The notes under the pieces: model-generated
The model's database searches: none
The model's input: the letters and a program-made list of their open reading frames with translations, nothing else
What the model was told of the DNA's origin: nothing
Program-made: the position numbers and the translations under genes
Part shown: positions 27,710 through 41,400 of the stretch, piece after piece
Layout of the letters: every line of letters starts with the position of its first letter
How positions within the stretch are numbered: position 1 is the stretch's first letter
Assembly: GCA_026770705.1 (NCBI GenBank)
Contig: JANJGN010000151.1
Location: forward strand, 868,001-932,000
DNA length: 64,000 nt
Source of the DNA: Isurus oxyrinchus
Taxonomy: Eukaryota
Direction of reading: 5' to 3'

Positions 27710-28870
27710 TTTTCGATTCATGTACGGGATGTGGGCGTCGCTGGCTGGGCCAGCATTTATTGCGCATCCCTAATTTCCCTTGAGAAGATGGTGGTGAGCT
27801 GCCTTCTTGAACCGCTGCAGTTCATGTCGTGTAGGTAAACCCACAATGCTGTTAGGAAGGGAGATCCAGGATTCTGACCCAGCGACAGTGAAGGAACGAC
27901 GATATATTTCCAAGTCAGGATGGTGTGTGGTTTAGAGGATACTTCCAGCCGTTGGTGTTCCCATCTATCTGCTGCCCTTTCACTTCTAGATGGTACGGGT
28001 CGTAGGTTTGGAAAGTGTTGTCAATAAGGGCCTTCGTGAATCCCTACAGTGAATTTTGCTGCTACTGTGCATCGGTGGTGGAGGGAGTGAATGTTTTTGG
28101 ATAGGTTGCCAATCAAGCGGACTGCTTTGTCCTGGGCGGTTTTAAGCATTTTGAGCCTTGTTGGAGCTGTACATATCCAGGCCAGTGGAAAGTATTCCAT
28201 CACACTCTTGACTTGTGCCTTGTACATGGTGCACAGGCTTTGGGGAGTTAAGAGGTGAGCCAATCGTCACAAGATTCCTACCCTCTGACCTGCTTTCGTA
28301 GCTATGGTATTTATATGGCTAGTCCAGTTCAGTTTCTAGTCAATGGTGACACCCAGGATGTTGATAGTGGGAGATTCAGTGATGGTAATGCAATTGAACA
28401 TCAAGGGTTGATGCTTCGATTCTCTCTTGCTGGATATGGTCATTGCCTGGCATTTGTTGGCCGTGAATGGTAATTGCTATTTGTCAGTCCAATCTTAAGT
28501 ATTGCCCAGGTCTTGCTGCATTTGTACATGGGCTGCCTCAGTATCTGCACAGTCACAAATGGTTCAGAACATTGTGCAATCATCAACGAACATCCCTACT
28601 TCTGGCTTTACGGTAGAAGGGGGGTCATTGATGAAACAGGTTATTGATAAGCAAGTGTCACATGATAGCAATGTTGGTAACCTCTTTTATTACTTTACTG
28701 ATGATGGAGAGTAGGCTGATGAGGCGGTACTTGACCGGAGTCAACTTGTCTTGCTTTTCGTGTACAGGACATGCCTGGGCACTTTTCCATATTCCCGGGT
28801 AGGTGCCAGTTTTGTGGCTGTACTGGAACAGCTTGGCAAGGGGCGCAGCTAGGTCTGGACCACAAATGGC
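27710..28870 (-). mobile_element. LINE RT fragments
   Basis: YKAQVKSVMEYFPLAW and LAAPLAKLFQYS..CPVHEKQDK..YRLISLLSIISKV motifs. Confidence 0.85.
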
Positions 28871-29594
28871 ATCACGATGTGAGAAACTCTCAGGGGAGAT
28901 CCAATCCAGCTGCCCTGGGAGCCAGCAGTGCCTTTTGCATTGACGGTGATCATGGTACTTTAACTCCTTGCAACAGGCTAATTCCAGGCAGCCTGTGGAG
29001 ACCTCAGAGGGATAATGTCGCCTGCTCCATACCATTGCATCAAGGCGTTCACAGATGTAATGTTCTGAAGGGCTGGAAATTACATGGACAGCCATGCACC
29101 TTTATAAACAGGAAAGATTTACACTTGGTCAATGTGCAGCTGGTGTGCCACCATTAGGTGGCGTCCAGTGATCATGAAAGGCACTATATTCGTGCTTATA
29201 TTTTTGTTATGAATTATAGGAAAATAAAAAGTGTCGGATTGAGCCAATGAGACATAGCTTTCCAGACTGACCCTAAATCCAAGCAGTGGGCGAAGCCGCT
29301 CAGCACCCTGGAATAAAAGAACTATCCATTCTTCAAAACCTCCCCTCCCACCCTCACTGCTGCTTCAACATAGCCCTGCATTTTATTTCCATTGGAGACC
29401 ATGTCTCCATTGATAATGGATTAGACCCTATCCAATTGTCCTACTTAGGTTACCCTGGAGCATGACGCCTGTTGCCATGGTTTTCACACCTCAGCACTGT
29501 TGTAATTGACGTGAACTGACAGAGCTTCTGGTCTACAAGGCAGGTGCAGTTTCATGTCAGGGATGTTGCTAAGACTCTCAATGAGTACTTTCGA

Positions 29595-30110
29595 TCAGCA
29601 CTTTCGGTCAGCTGCACACTCGGGATGGGCGAAGTGAACAATTTCTGCAAGCTGTGGAACTCTGCAGAAAAACAAACTATCTTCTCTCAAAATCTGTTTG
29701 CCTTCATAACCGCAGGTAATTCTAGCAGGGTAAAATTGGGATGAGTTATGGCCGATACCAAGGGAAACAATACCTGCTGACGTGAGCATTACTATGGGCG
29801 CAAGCTAAAGCCACTCCCGCTCCTTCCATCTTAATTTCTGAAGGCAGCGACTATGTGAGCGAATCTCCATGACCCGGATCCCGAAATCAGGCTGAGAACG
29901 AGCAGATTAGATGCACACACGTTAAAACAAATAGATTCAAAAGACGTTGGGAAGGAGGGTGAATAGACCCACCAACATCAGCACCCGAATGCAAACTGTA
30001 ATATCCACAGTAGTTTAGACAGTGGGAGAATAGAATTCTATTCGGCAGCAAAACATAGCGAGAAGTGAAATAATAATGAAGACCGGCGCTAGAGAGTTCC
30101 ACAGATTGAT
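29595..30110 (-). pseudogene. Highly degenerate TCR V pseudogene, 3'-truncated, no RSS seen
   Basis: Minus strand reads GHGDSLT*SLPSEIKMEGAGVALAC..PWYRP*..FSAEFHSLQKLFTSPIPSVQLTESA. A leader-like LWNSLAPVFIIISLL lies at about 30060-30110. Confidence 0.65.
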
Positions 30111-31580
30111 TCCTGACTCTGTAACTCTCCGGGATGCCCGCGGTCGGAGAAGTGATGTAATTACCCGTCCCACTGGATTTCTCATTCATGACAAACAGGG
30201 AACGCCGACAGAAATATTCCTGATATCAGAGCGGGCAAGGCGGGACAGGCAGAGAGAGCAAACAACGGAAGCTGTTGCTGGGCCGAGGCAAGACAGATGT
30301 AATACATATACAATCTGAAAGGATTTCTCGCGTCATCCTTGGCTTATATCAAAGCGTTTGGATGCTAATTCAATTGAAAGAATCCAGTCCCAGGAGACAG
30401 ACTACAGTACTTGTGTCATGTAACAGTCGGCTGAACAAAAGACCAGGCGATAGAATAGTGGTAATGCTGCTGATGAGAGTAATACAGAGCATTAATACTC
30501 TGGAGATCTGAGTTCAAAGCGAAACAAAGATCATGGAAGTGTCACATGGTTATAAAACCGCACCTGGTTCACTAACCTGCCTCGGATAAGGAAATCCGTC
30601 ACTTTTGTCCATGTGACGGCAAATTCACAGCAATGAGCTTGCTTCATTACTGCGCCCGGAAATTTCCTCGCAGGCCACTCATTTGAATCAAGCCACCACA
30701 GAAGAATAGGACTGTGTGTGCATCTACATCACAGACAAGACGGCTCACCATCACCTTCGCAATGACATGTCGCAATGTGCGCTTAATTTTGCCCATGCCG
30801 GCTGTGTTCAATTCTAAAGAATGAATTAAAAATTATTTCAATCACCACCCCATCCGAGTGCCCCAATGTAGCCGTATCAGGCAGTGGCTGTGTGGAAACG
30901 TACCCTACAGCAATATCCTCAATGGAAGTGTTGAAATAAAACTGGAGAACATTGATAAAACATATAAGAGCTCAAAATGCAATATCGAGATATCTTTCGT
31001 ACACACAGGGAATAACGAATATGTTCTAATTACGTTCAGTGAGAGTTAGGGAGGAGTATCACCTGGACAAGTTTAAGGGAACTCTTGGGGAAGAAGAGAG
31101 AGAGGGAGCCCCGGAGAATTGAGTTAAAACATGAAAAACCGACATGAAATAGATGTCACCATTTCAAAACGAGAAGCAGTGCTTCATTTTCTACATTCTT
31201 GTTGTCAAGGAGAATAACCTTTTTCTTCGAAATGTGTTCAAGTTTACCATTTTCGTGCATTGACAAACAACCGCCCCTTTGCAGCCTCTCGATAGCTTAA
31301 TTTCCACCATAGCTCTGCATAATCGGAAAGCCTGGAAACATTATATCTGTTCCTTCTCCATCTTGATAACGTCCAGTTGGACTCCATCGGATCAGGAAGG
31401 ATTTCTTCCCCAATCCTGCACTGTAAATCCGAATCGATTCCCTCTGTAAGGATAGTGAGTGTAATCCAGGTCAAGGCGCTTCGAGTTACTCTCTGCTCTC
31501 TCAAAACCTGGCGTTCTCGGCTCACCACAGGGGACACAGGAAATGAGGTGTGAACATCCTGAGACAGAGCAACAGATTAT

Positions 31581-31615
31581 TGAGGGCGGGGATTAGAAAG
31601 GGTGTCTTCAAATAT
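31581..31615 (+). promoter_or_regulatory. Conserved V-family proximal promoter (GC box plus TTCAAATAT)
   Basis: TGAGGGCGGGG..TAGAA..GGTG.CTTCAAATAT is shared upstream of the leaders at 22546, 31648 and (minus strand) 14096. Confidence 0.5.
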
Positions 31616-31647
31616 CGAGCAGCCGTTTGGCAGGGCGGACAGCGACA

Positions 31648-32115
31648 ATGCGGCTACTCAGCATTTGGGCTGTGTGGACAGCGATTCTGACAGGTAAACG
31701 TGAAGGGAATACACTTCATCTTTTCTCTCTTTTCTCAGGCATGTTTTCAATCAGATTTCAATAAGCTATCGGTCTTAACTTTACTGTTTTAATACATCTT
31801 TTCCAGGCGGGACTCATGGAGATTCTGTCACTCAGCCACTCTCATCAGATGTTAAGACCGAAGGCGAAGAGGTGACTTTGAAATGTAACTATGATACTAC
31901 AAGTGACAGCTATACGTTATACTGGTACCGACAACACCCAGACACACAGCCCCAGTTTGTACTGTACAAGGATGATTATGGCAGTGAGAATAAAGCAGAA
32001 TTTGCGAAAAGTCGTTTCACTGTAAAGCTCCAGATCTCCACTAAATTCACCAGTTTAACCATCTCGGGTCTGCAGCTGACTGACGCCGCCGTCTATTACT
32101 GCGCTTTCTGGGACG
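31648..32115 (+). CDS. TCR V segment (V-delta-like), intact (leader 31648-31693, V exon 31807-32115)
   Basis: MRLLSIWAVWTAILT then GTAAA. V reads GDSVTQPLSSDVKTEGEEVTLKC..WYRQ..DAAVYYCAFWD. Near-consensus RSS at 32116-32154: CACAGTG-23-ACAAAAACT. Confidence 0.95.
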
Positions 32116-32499
32116 CACAGTGATGAAAATCAGTCTCACCCCTGTACAAAAACTGCCTATGCACTGTTAGTGGGAACTCCAGTCTGTTGGGGTCTGTGTC
32201 GAATCTCGGGTAGATGAAGTGACAATGCTCAGCGGCGCTGCCAGCCGCTCAGACACATAGCGACGCGAAACCACATTAACCTCGGATCAAACTGCCGCCC
32301 AACTGTTCCCAGGAGCGGCCCAGAAAATCAAACAAACTGCAGAATCCGATCGGGCAGACAGACATGGAAGGGAATTTGACCTGACGTCCGATCCTCATTC
32401 GTTGTTCATTATCACCAGTAAATCAAGGTTAATGGAGGATGAGGGAGACATCTGCAAACAGAATGCAAACCGAACGCGATCTATGCTTGGTTCAGTAAT

Positions 32500-32850
32500 T
32501 ACAGGGCTGGACTGCACTAGCCATATAAATACTGTGGCTACAAGAGCTGGTCAGTGGCTAGGAATCCTGCGACGAGTAATTCACTCCCCTATTCACTAAA
32601 GTCTATCCACCTTCTGCAAGGTAAAAATCAGGAGTGTGATGGAATACTCCTCACTCGCCTGGATCAGTGCAGCTCCCAAAACACTCCAGAAGCTGGACAC
32701 CGTTCAGGACAAAGCAGTCCGTTTAATTGGCACCACATTCACAAACATTCACTCCCTCCACCACCAAAGCACCGTCACAGCAATGTGTACCATATACAAG
32801 ATGCACGGCAGGAATTCACCGAGGCTCATTCGACAGCACCTTCCGATAGC
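32500..32850 (+). mobile_element. LINE RT 3' fragment
   Basis: MEYSSLAWISAAPKTLQKLDTVQDKAVRLI. Confidence 0.85.
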
Positions 32851-34844
32851 AGATGGATGGGAATACCAGCAAAAGTAGGACAGCAAAAGGTAAAAAAAAG
32901 ATATAGATGCATTTCTGAAATTCAACTTTGGTTTATATTGTGAGTTGAAATAAACTACTCTAAATCCGGTACTGATTGTCACCTGTATTGAAAGGGAAAA
33001 ATATAGATAAAGGAGTAGAGACTGGTTTCAAGGGAAGGCATCCCTGAAATTCATCGTGGAGCCTGAATTCTTCCTCCTCCTCATTGGTGTGAAGGAGCCC
33101 TCTTATGCGCACTGACTGGAATTCTCAGTGTGAGGCTTTCTACGGGCTCCTGGAAGACATGTTCAATTGTTATTCATTCATGGGATATGGGCTTCGCTGG
33201 CTGGGCCAGCATTTATGACCTATGTGTAATTGCATTAGAAGTTGGTGGTAAGCTATCTTCTTGAACCGCTGAAGTTCATGTGGTGCAGGTTCAGCCACAG
33301 TGCTGTTCGGGAGGGAGTTCCAAGATTTTAACCCAGCGACAGGGAAGGAATTTCATGCAGTGAATAATACATGTGTCACAATTGCATTGGAGCATCTCAG
33401 ATTGCAACCGTTGTGTAGATAGTTTAAGTGCAGTTGCGCTGGCTCACTGTCTGTGAAGGCCACGTTGACATGTTTATAATATTCATTGACTGCACTGAAG
33501 CACTTCATGATCTATTTGGAAAACTGTAATATGATTTCATTTTTTGTGATGACCACTTTGAAACGCTTTGAACTGTTCTTTCAGATATTTTATGATTAAA
33601 GTATATTTTACCTAAAATAAACTGGATCACAGGAGGCAGACTCACTGATGGGAATGGTATAATTACAGATTGATTTAGTGACTTGGTTCATTTATTACTA
33701 TCATCTTAGCAAGATGCGTGGAAGGCAATAAGTGATACCATAGGTAAAAGTTAGAAATGGTGGAAAATACTATCTGGAATGTGCAGGGACAAGAATTAAA
33801 CGCTACTCCCACTGGGGGCGAGTACTGTCACTGATAATGTATCTATTCTTTTAGCTGGGAGGTCTCCTCTAGATCTGACCTGTTCACTGCACTTTGTCTT
33901 GTGCTACATGCGACTGCCGAATTGTCACCACAGCCGTTTCGGGTCAGTGTCCATCTGAGAGGCTTTGAAGAGTAACTCTGGCCCGCTGAATGGAAGGAGA
34001 AATTGCCCGGGTGAAAGTTTGCTTTCCTCCACCAGGTGGCAGACGAAGCCTAGATATCGCCCAGCTCTCTGCCTGGAGCAGCCCTCAGCCGCTGACCAGC
34101 CTTGGAATTGTCTATCAATCAATCTGTGCTTATAAATCCCATTTCGCTCCTGGAATCCACTCCAGCTGAACGCATGGCATTCACCCGTCTGCTGGGTAAC
34201 GGGAGTCGCTGTCCCACTCGCTGGTCCACGGGAAAAGCAGTGGAGAGTTCAGTTACTTTTACTGACTTCGCATCCATTCTGTCAATTCTTCCTCAGGCAA
34301 TTCTAAGGGAGGTCAATGGCAGAGTAATTAATGCTGCTGAGTCCGCGCAATCACCACCACACATCTGATACAACAACAACCCTCAAACCCCCTCCGCCTC
34401 CACCTTCCCTTCTGAAGCAAATGTGGCTCTTTCTCATTTTGTGGCTCTATTTGAATGGAGACGAATGGCAGCCGGAAAGCATCTGATGTGTTCCTGCTCC
34501 ATCTCAGAAGATGGATCTCGCTTCTTTAGACTTCTGGGTCTCAAGCCAAACGCCACAGGGTGAAAGGTCAGCCTGTGCCCCAATGGCCAACTTAATGGCT
34601 TGTCATAGACAAGAGGCCCTCTGCGAACTCGGCTGAGGCCGAGCGGACTCCGGCTTCGTGAAGATCCTGGAACAAAGATCTGAATCACCCAAGTCACAGC
34701 TATGTGCAAAGCAGCAGAAAGCATGAGAGCATTGGGTCCTGAAATGCGATGAAATGCCACCAGAGTGCGTGTCAGCTTCAATTGGACTTCAGCATGGCAG
34801 TGTGACCTGAATATTCGGATAAGTATAAGAGAGACTTGCATTCA

Positions 34845-37461
34845 GACCCGGCAGAAATTGGCATCAGCGATTGCAATCGGAATTATCCCAACTGATTGAA
34901 ACTCAGTGCAGTGCAAACACCATCGGTATGGGGGCTACCACTGGTGCAGACAAGTACAAAATCGCGGCCCAGAATTCATAACATTAGTGACCGCAATACT
35001 GACGGGGCCGTACAGGCTTTATTTGCACCGTAGGAGAACAAAGAACAAACAACAAAGAAAGGTACAGCACAGAAACAGGCCCTTCGGCCTTCCAAGCCTG
35101 CGCCGATCATAGAGCTCGTAACTAAAACATTTTGCACTTCCCGGGTCCGTATCTTTCTATTCCCATCCTATTCATGTATTTGTCAAGCTGCCTCTTAAAC
35201 ACCACTATTGTACATGCTTCCACCGCCTCCTCTGGCAGCCAATTCCAGACACTCACTACGCTCTGCTTAAAAAAACTTGCCCCGCACATATCCTCTACAG
35301 TTTTCTCCTCTCACCTTAAATCTATGTCCGCTATTAATTGAATCTTCCACCCTGGGGAAAAGCTTCTGACTATCTACTCTGCCCATGCCACTCATAATTT
35401 TGTAAACTTCTATCAAGTCGCCCCTCAACCTATGTTGCTCTAGTGAGAACAATCCGAGTTTCTCCAAACTCTCCTCATAGCTAATAACCTCCAGACCAGG
35501 CAGCATCCTGCTAAACCTCCTCTGTATCCTCTCCAATGCCTCTATATTCTTCTGTTAATGTGGCGACCAGAATTACACGCAATATTCCAAGTGTGGCCTA
35601 ACCAAGGTTCTATACAGCTGCAGCATGACTTCTCAGTTTTTATACTCAATACTCCTGCCAATGAAGGGAAACATGCCGTATACCTTCCTGACTACCTTAT
35701 GCACCTGCGTTGCCACTTTCAGTGATCCTTTGACCTTTAGACCCAGATCCGTCTGCCCGTCGATGCACTTAAGAGTTCTGCCATTTGCTGTATAATTCCT
35801 GCCTGTATTAGACCTTCCAAAATGTATTACCTCGCATTTGTCCGGAGTAAACTCCATCTGCCATTTCTTCGCCCAAGTCTCCAACCGATTTATATGCCGT
35901 TGTATCATTTGACAATCCTTCTTTACTATCTGCAACTCTCCAACCTTAGCGTCTTCTGTAAATTTACTAATTAGACCAGTTACATTTTCCTCCAAATCAG
36001 TTAAGTATACAACAAACAGCAAAGGTCCCAGCACTGATCCCTGCGGAACTCCACTAGTCACAGCTCTCCATTCTGAAAAGCATCCTGCCAATGCTACCCT
36101 CTGTCTTCTATGACCAAGCCAATTCTGTATCCACCTTGCCAGCTTACCTTTGATCCCGTGCAACTTTACCTTCTGTATACGTCGACCATGAGGGACCTTG
36201 TCAAAGGCCTTACTGAAATCCATGTAGATAACATCCACTGCCCTTCCATCATCGACCATCTTTGTCACTTCCTCGAAAAACTCGATCAATTTAGTGAGAC
36301 ACGACCTCCCCTTCACAAAACCATGCTGCCTCTCACTAATATGCCCATTTGCTTCCAAATGGTAGTAAATCCCGTCACAAAGAATCTTCTCCAATAATTT
36401 CCCTACCACTGATGTAAGGCTCACCAGCCTGTAATTTCCTGGATTATCCCTGCTACCCTTCTTAAACAATGGAACAACATTGGCCATTCTGCAGTCCTCT
36501 AGGACCTCTTCCGTAGCCAGTGAGGATACAAAGATTTCTGTCAAGGCCCCAGAAATCTCCTCCCTTGCCTCCCTCAGTACTCTGGGGTAGATCCCATCTG
36601 GTCCTGGGGATTTATCCACCTTAATATACTTCAAGATGCCTAACACCTCCTCTTTTTTGATCTCCACATGATCCAGGCTATCTACACACTCTTCCCTAGG
36701 CAAATCGACCGCTATGTCCTTCTCTTTGGTGAATACTGATGAGAAGTATTCATTTAGTATCTCTCCCATTTCTTCTGGCTCCACACACAGATTCTCACCT
36801 CTGTCCCTGTGTGGGCCAACCCTTTCCCTGGTTACCTTCTTGCTTTTTACATATGTATTAAAGGCCTTGGGGATTTTCCTTAATCCTAGTTGCCAGTGAC
36901 TTTTCATGACCCCTTTTAGCCCTCCTGACACCTTGCTTAAGTTTCTTAGTACTTTCTTTATATTCTCCGGGGTCTTCATCTGTTCCCAGCCTTTTAGCCC
37001 TTACAAATGCTTCCCTTTTCTTTTTGACTAATTTCACAATATCCATCGTTATCCACGATTCCTGAAACTTGCCATGCTTATCCTTCATCCTATCAGGAAC
37101 TTGCCGGTCCTGAACTCTTATCAACTGACGTTTGAAAGCCCCCGACATGTCCGTTGTTGATTTGCCCTCAAACATCCGCCTGCAGTCTAGATTCCTCAGC
37201 TCCTGACTAACATTGCTCTAATTAGCCTTCCCCCAATTAAGCACCTTAACCCGATGACTCCTGTTATCCTTATCCACTTGTACCTTGAAACCTATTGAAT
37301 TATGGTCAGCTTTCCCGAAATGCTCCTCTAATGTTATGTACTGACATAACTAGAAGTTATGACATTCTCAGTATTGAGGGCATCACGGCATCAGACGTTG
37401 GAGTGTTGGGTGTACAGTGAGACATGGAGGGGCCGAGACCAAGTGGGCCCATACAATACCC
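34845..37461 (+). pseudogene. TCR V pseudogene split by a CR1 insertion (5' half about 34845-35034, 3' half about 37331-37422)
   Basis: 5' half VQCKHHRYGGYHWCRQVQNRGPEFI; 3' half SYDILSIEGITASDVGV..CTVR; then CATGGAG-23-ACAATACCC at 37423-37461. Confidence 0.65.
35035..37330 (-). mobile_element. CR1 LINE, 5'-truncated, with a 448-aa RT reading frame (35633-36979)
   Basis: KSPGPDGIYP, DFSKAFDKVPH and GVPQGSVLGPLLF motifs; catalytic YADD-type motif decayed to FTED; short-repeat 3' tail at 35035-35060. Confidence 0.95.
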
Positions 37462-38089
37462 GCTGCGGGTTCCCATCAGCCAGCCCCTACACAGGTACTA
37501 TTATGTGGCCTACTTTCCACAGGCTTCACCCATCCTATAAGGAAAGGATAACTAGATTATCCTAAATGTGCTGACTCCCTTGGTAGGTAGAGTATCATCG
37601 ACCCCGCCCATTCCCCCGGGAAAGGGGTTTAGAAATCATGGTGAGTATTTTACTTGTTTTGTTACACACAAGTCCACAGGCTCCACACATTCTGTAAGGA
37701 AATGGCTCCTTGTGTTGTCCTGATGGCGTTAAATGTTTACTGAGTTACAGCGCCTCGGGAGCTCACTCATTTTGTAAGGGATGGTTTCCACTGGATTTGC
37801 ACATCCAGTGTCAGGCTGGTCGCTTGTGAGAATGATTCTCATAAAGAGATGTGCTTCCCCTCACTTCCTTCCTCGCGGAGCAGAAGCAGCTGCTGGTCTT
37901 CAGACAACTGATAGGTTCAGAGCTGAACCGCGGGGGAAATGAGCAGCGGGCTAACAAACCACCTCCTTATATCCGGTGAACAGTATCAATTTCAAGCCAA
38001 TGAGGAGAGGGAAAAATAAACACGTGACCGAGACATTGAATATCCATCATTGACTTTAAACAGCCAACATTTTAATCTCTTTGAAGTTC

Positions 38090-38190
38090 TGTCGAAGGAT
38101 CATGAGGACTCGAAACGTCAACTCTTTTCTTCTCCGCCGATGCTGCCAGACCTGCTGAGTTTTTCCAGGTAATTCTGTTTTTATTTTAAT
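38090..38190. repeat. Short interspersed repeat, with an inverted copy at about 63880-63975
   Basis: GATGCTGCCAGACCTGCTGAGTTTTTCCAGG versus CCTGGAAAAACTCAGCAGGTCTGGCAGCAT. Confidence 0.7.
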
Positions 38191-38408
38191 CTCTTCACCC
38201 GATTCACTTTCTTCTGTTATGAGCTGCCTCCTATTATTGTATTGACATTCTCATAGCCACCATGTGTTGTGTCGCCCCGTTAAAGCTATTATCCGTCATC
38301 CTGGTGATGCGAACAGGGAGGTACAGGACAGGTACCCAATAACCCAGAGTGAGTTTTTCATTATTCATCTCGTTTTTCCAGTTTTTCATACCCTGAGTAC
38401 TTCTGCAG

Positions 38409-38737
38409 GTCGATGTCTCTCGAACCGTGTCCTTCAATCTCCCGCTTCGAACACAGTCCAGAGCGGGGATTCGCTGCAGATGGACTGCAGCTACGAGGTG
38501 TCCGACTTTTAGGCGATGCGTTGGTATAGACAGCAATACGGCCAGGGACTGCAGTGGATTATAAAGCGAGCATAGATTGGCAAATAGACACGCGGGCGAT
38601 ATGAACTGAAACTTTCCGAGTCGGAGAAACGCGGCAAACCGCTCATTGAAGGCACTGACGACGCCAATGTCACGGTTTATTAATGTGCGGCTGAGCCCCA
38701 CACTGAGACAAAACCGGGCAGTCACTGTCCAAAAACC
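38409..38737 (+). pseudogene. TCR V pseudogene, paralog of the V at 2485
   Basis: RCLSNRVLQSPASNTVQSGDSLQMDCSY..*..WYRQQYGQGLQWI with several stops. RSS CACACTG-23-CCAAAAACC. Confidence 0.9.
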
Positions 38738-39759
38738 TCGCTCCTGGTGACAGTTCCGGAAGAGAGGCAGCAATCTCTTTGATAAAACAAGGCGGGCCAG
38801 GCGGCTCAGAGCATGAGCGGCTAACGACAGAGACGGGCAGGAGTGCCACTGGTTGCCTAGTAAATCCAGGGCTGCCGCGGATTGTCTAGTAAATCCTACT
38901 GGAGAGGATCTTTCATCAGAGATACTGATGGTCACAGCAGAGAGTGTCGGACTGTGGATGCAGTTAGTCAGTGCGGTCTTTCCTACGTGGGGAGCTCCAT
39001 TGTCTGATTGTGTCCCAGGGAACCGAGAGGGATCCTGAGTGTTTAATTTATGCCGTTGTGTGATGATTCTTAAAGAACATTAAGATAATCATACAGTAAA
39101 ATCCGTGCTTAAATTTGCCCCAAATTATGAGCAAACAGTTATTTGAAAGAATGTGCTTGCGATTGTCCTGCGGATGATATTTTACCGACCCCCAACCCCC
39201 TCTTCTATCTCGCAGGGAAATGTTAACCAAATTCGAAACAAAAACAGAAAATGCTGCAAACACAACCAGAAACAGTATGAAGGCTCCAGTCTGTGACCTT
39301 TCACCAGAAATCAGCAACTCCTCAAACTGAGTTCAGGTGGAATGTCGCGGACGTGAAACCTTATATCTGATTCTCCCTGCAGCAATGTTTTCCGACTTGC
39401 CGAGTATGGCAAGAATTACCTGTTTTTGCCCCCAAATGTATTTGAATGGGAGCATAAAGCTGCTGATGACAGAGTCCTACCAAGTGAGAGGCAGCAGCCA
39501 TCATTAGTTGTAACTAGCTGTGGGTTAGAGTCCCACGCACGGCAAGACATTTGTAAGCCAGATGGGTTTTCGTGACAATTGTTTTTTTCCTGCAGATTAT
39601 TAGACAAAGTTATTAAACTCAAGTTTTACCATTTGTCGTGGTGGGATTCGAACACTGGACATTGTACAATGGTGTTGGATTACTAGCTCATCGATAATTC
39701 CACGACACCACTGTAGCACACTGCCTTAACGCAAAAGCAGAAAGGTTAAGGAGTATGAT

Positions 39760-41400
39760 TCCGCCAGTGTTCAGCAGAGGGTAGATTGCTAAAGTTGTCT
39801 GTGTGTGATTATGACACTGCGCAGCAAAGGGTAGATTGTTAAAGGTGTGTGTGTATGTGTTTGTGTATGTGTGTGATTTTGACATTGTCCAGCAGAGGGT
39901 AGATTGCTTAAGATGTGTGGGTGGGTGTGCGTGTTTGTCATGATCACAGTGCCCAGCAGAGGGTAGATTGCTCAAGGGCTGTCTGTGTGTGCATGTGGTA
40001 ATGACAGTGTCCAGCAGAGGGTAGATTTCTAATGTTGTGTGTGTGTGTGTGTGATTCAGGCAGTGTCCAGCNNNNNNNNNNNNNNNNNNNNNNNNNNNNN
40101 NNNNNNNNNNNNNNNNNNNNNNNNNNNNNNNNNNNNNNNNNNNNNNNNNNNNNNNNNNNNNNNNNNNNNNNNNNNNNNNNNNNNNNNNNNNNNNNNNNNN
40201 NNNNNNNNNNNNNNNNNNNNNNNNNNNNNNNNNNAAACAGCAAAGACGAATTGAAGGGCCACATCAATACTAAGGGAACGGTTTCATTATCTTTGTGTCA
40301 AACAGCAGATGCCATGACTGGGACATGTGAAAACATAGGCCCTGTCACCGAGCTCCAATACTCAGTGAACATCTCAGAGCTTCCAAGCGATTTTGGAGGT
40401 GGTAAAACAGAATTGACGGAGTTGGCGAGTAACCACAGTTCAGAGATATCCAGGAAAATTCACAACCCCTTCATTCTGAAAGATGTTCAGAACCTGAATC
40501 TTCGCCATTTCTTCCTGAAAGACATAGGTAGAATATTTCGAAAGAAAGGAAGTAACCCTGGAAAACACGCTGACTCACCAAACCTGGATTCACTGTGCAA
40601 TATCTATTCTCCTAATAATCTGGATTTGCAAGTCTAATGATGACCACGGAATCATTGCCAGTTGCAGTGAATAAACCCATATGTTTCACTAATGTGCTTT
40701 AGGGAGGGAAATCTGCCGCCTTTACCTGGTCTGGCCTACATCTGACTCCAGGCCCACATTTATGTGGTTGGCTCTTAAATGCCCTTGAACAAGAGCAATT
40801 AGAGCAGGACAATAAATGCTGGCCAACGTCCTACTAAGGAATAAAACAAATGTTAAAAATATCAATTTTTCCCCAGTCTCTCGGTGCGAAGAGTTTCTGC
40901 CCGTGCAGTGGCCAACGAACACGAGGCAATGGAATTGATAAAAGCTAATCAGCACAGCTCAGAGCCAGGTTAAACATAGCAAGGGTTCAATTCCAATCCC
41001 ACACGATGCAATAATCGAATGCCGAGAACCATAAATGCTGCAAATCTGAAATAAAAGAACAGAACATTCTGGAAAAGTAAAGGATAGCTGGTTAGGATGC
41101 CTCTCAGTGGAGAGCTAACGTTTCAGATTGATGAAATTTTATCCCAACTGGAAATGCTGGAAGTGACGTAAGTCTTCTTCAATGATTTGGTGGGATTTTG
41201 TGTGTTTCATTGTATGGGACCTGGTTAACTTTTTCAGCCAGTGTGGGGTCCATGGCGTAAGGTGTTGGCGGATGATAGTTCCCATGGATATTTAAAGCAA
41301 ACCTTGTGATTTCGTTTTGCAAAACATCAGATAACTTGTCTGGGGTCACAAGAACCAGGTAACATTCTCTGGAATACTGGGGTAAAAGCGGGACAGGGGG
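39760..41400 (+). repeat. Segmental duplicate of about 20785-22400 (minisatellite, SINE piece and minus-strand V remnant at about 41205-41400)
   Basis: Colinear similarity, for example GAATTGAAGGGCC, GTTC.GAACCTGAATCTTC, CTCTCGGTGCGAAGA. Confidence 0.8.
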
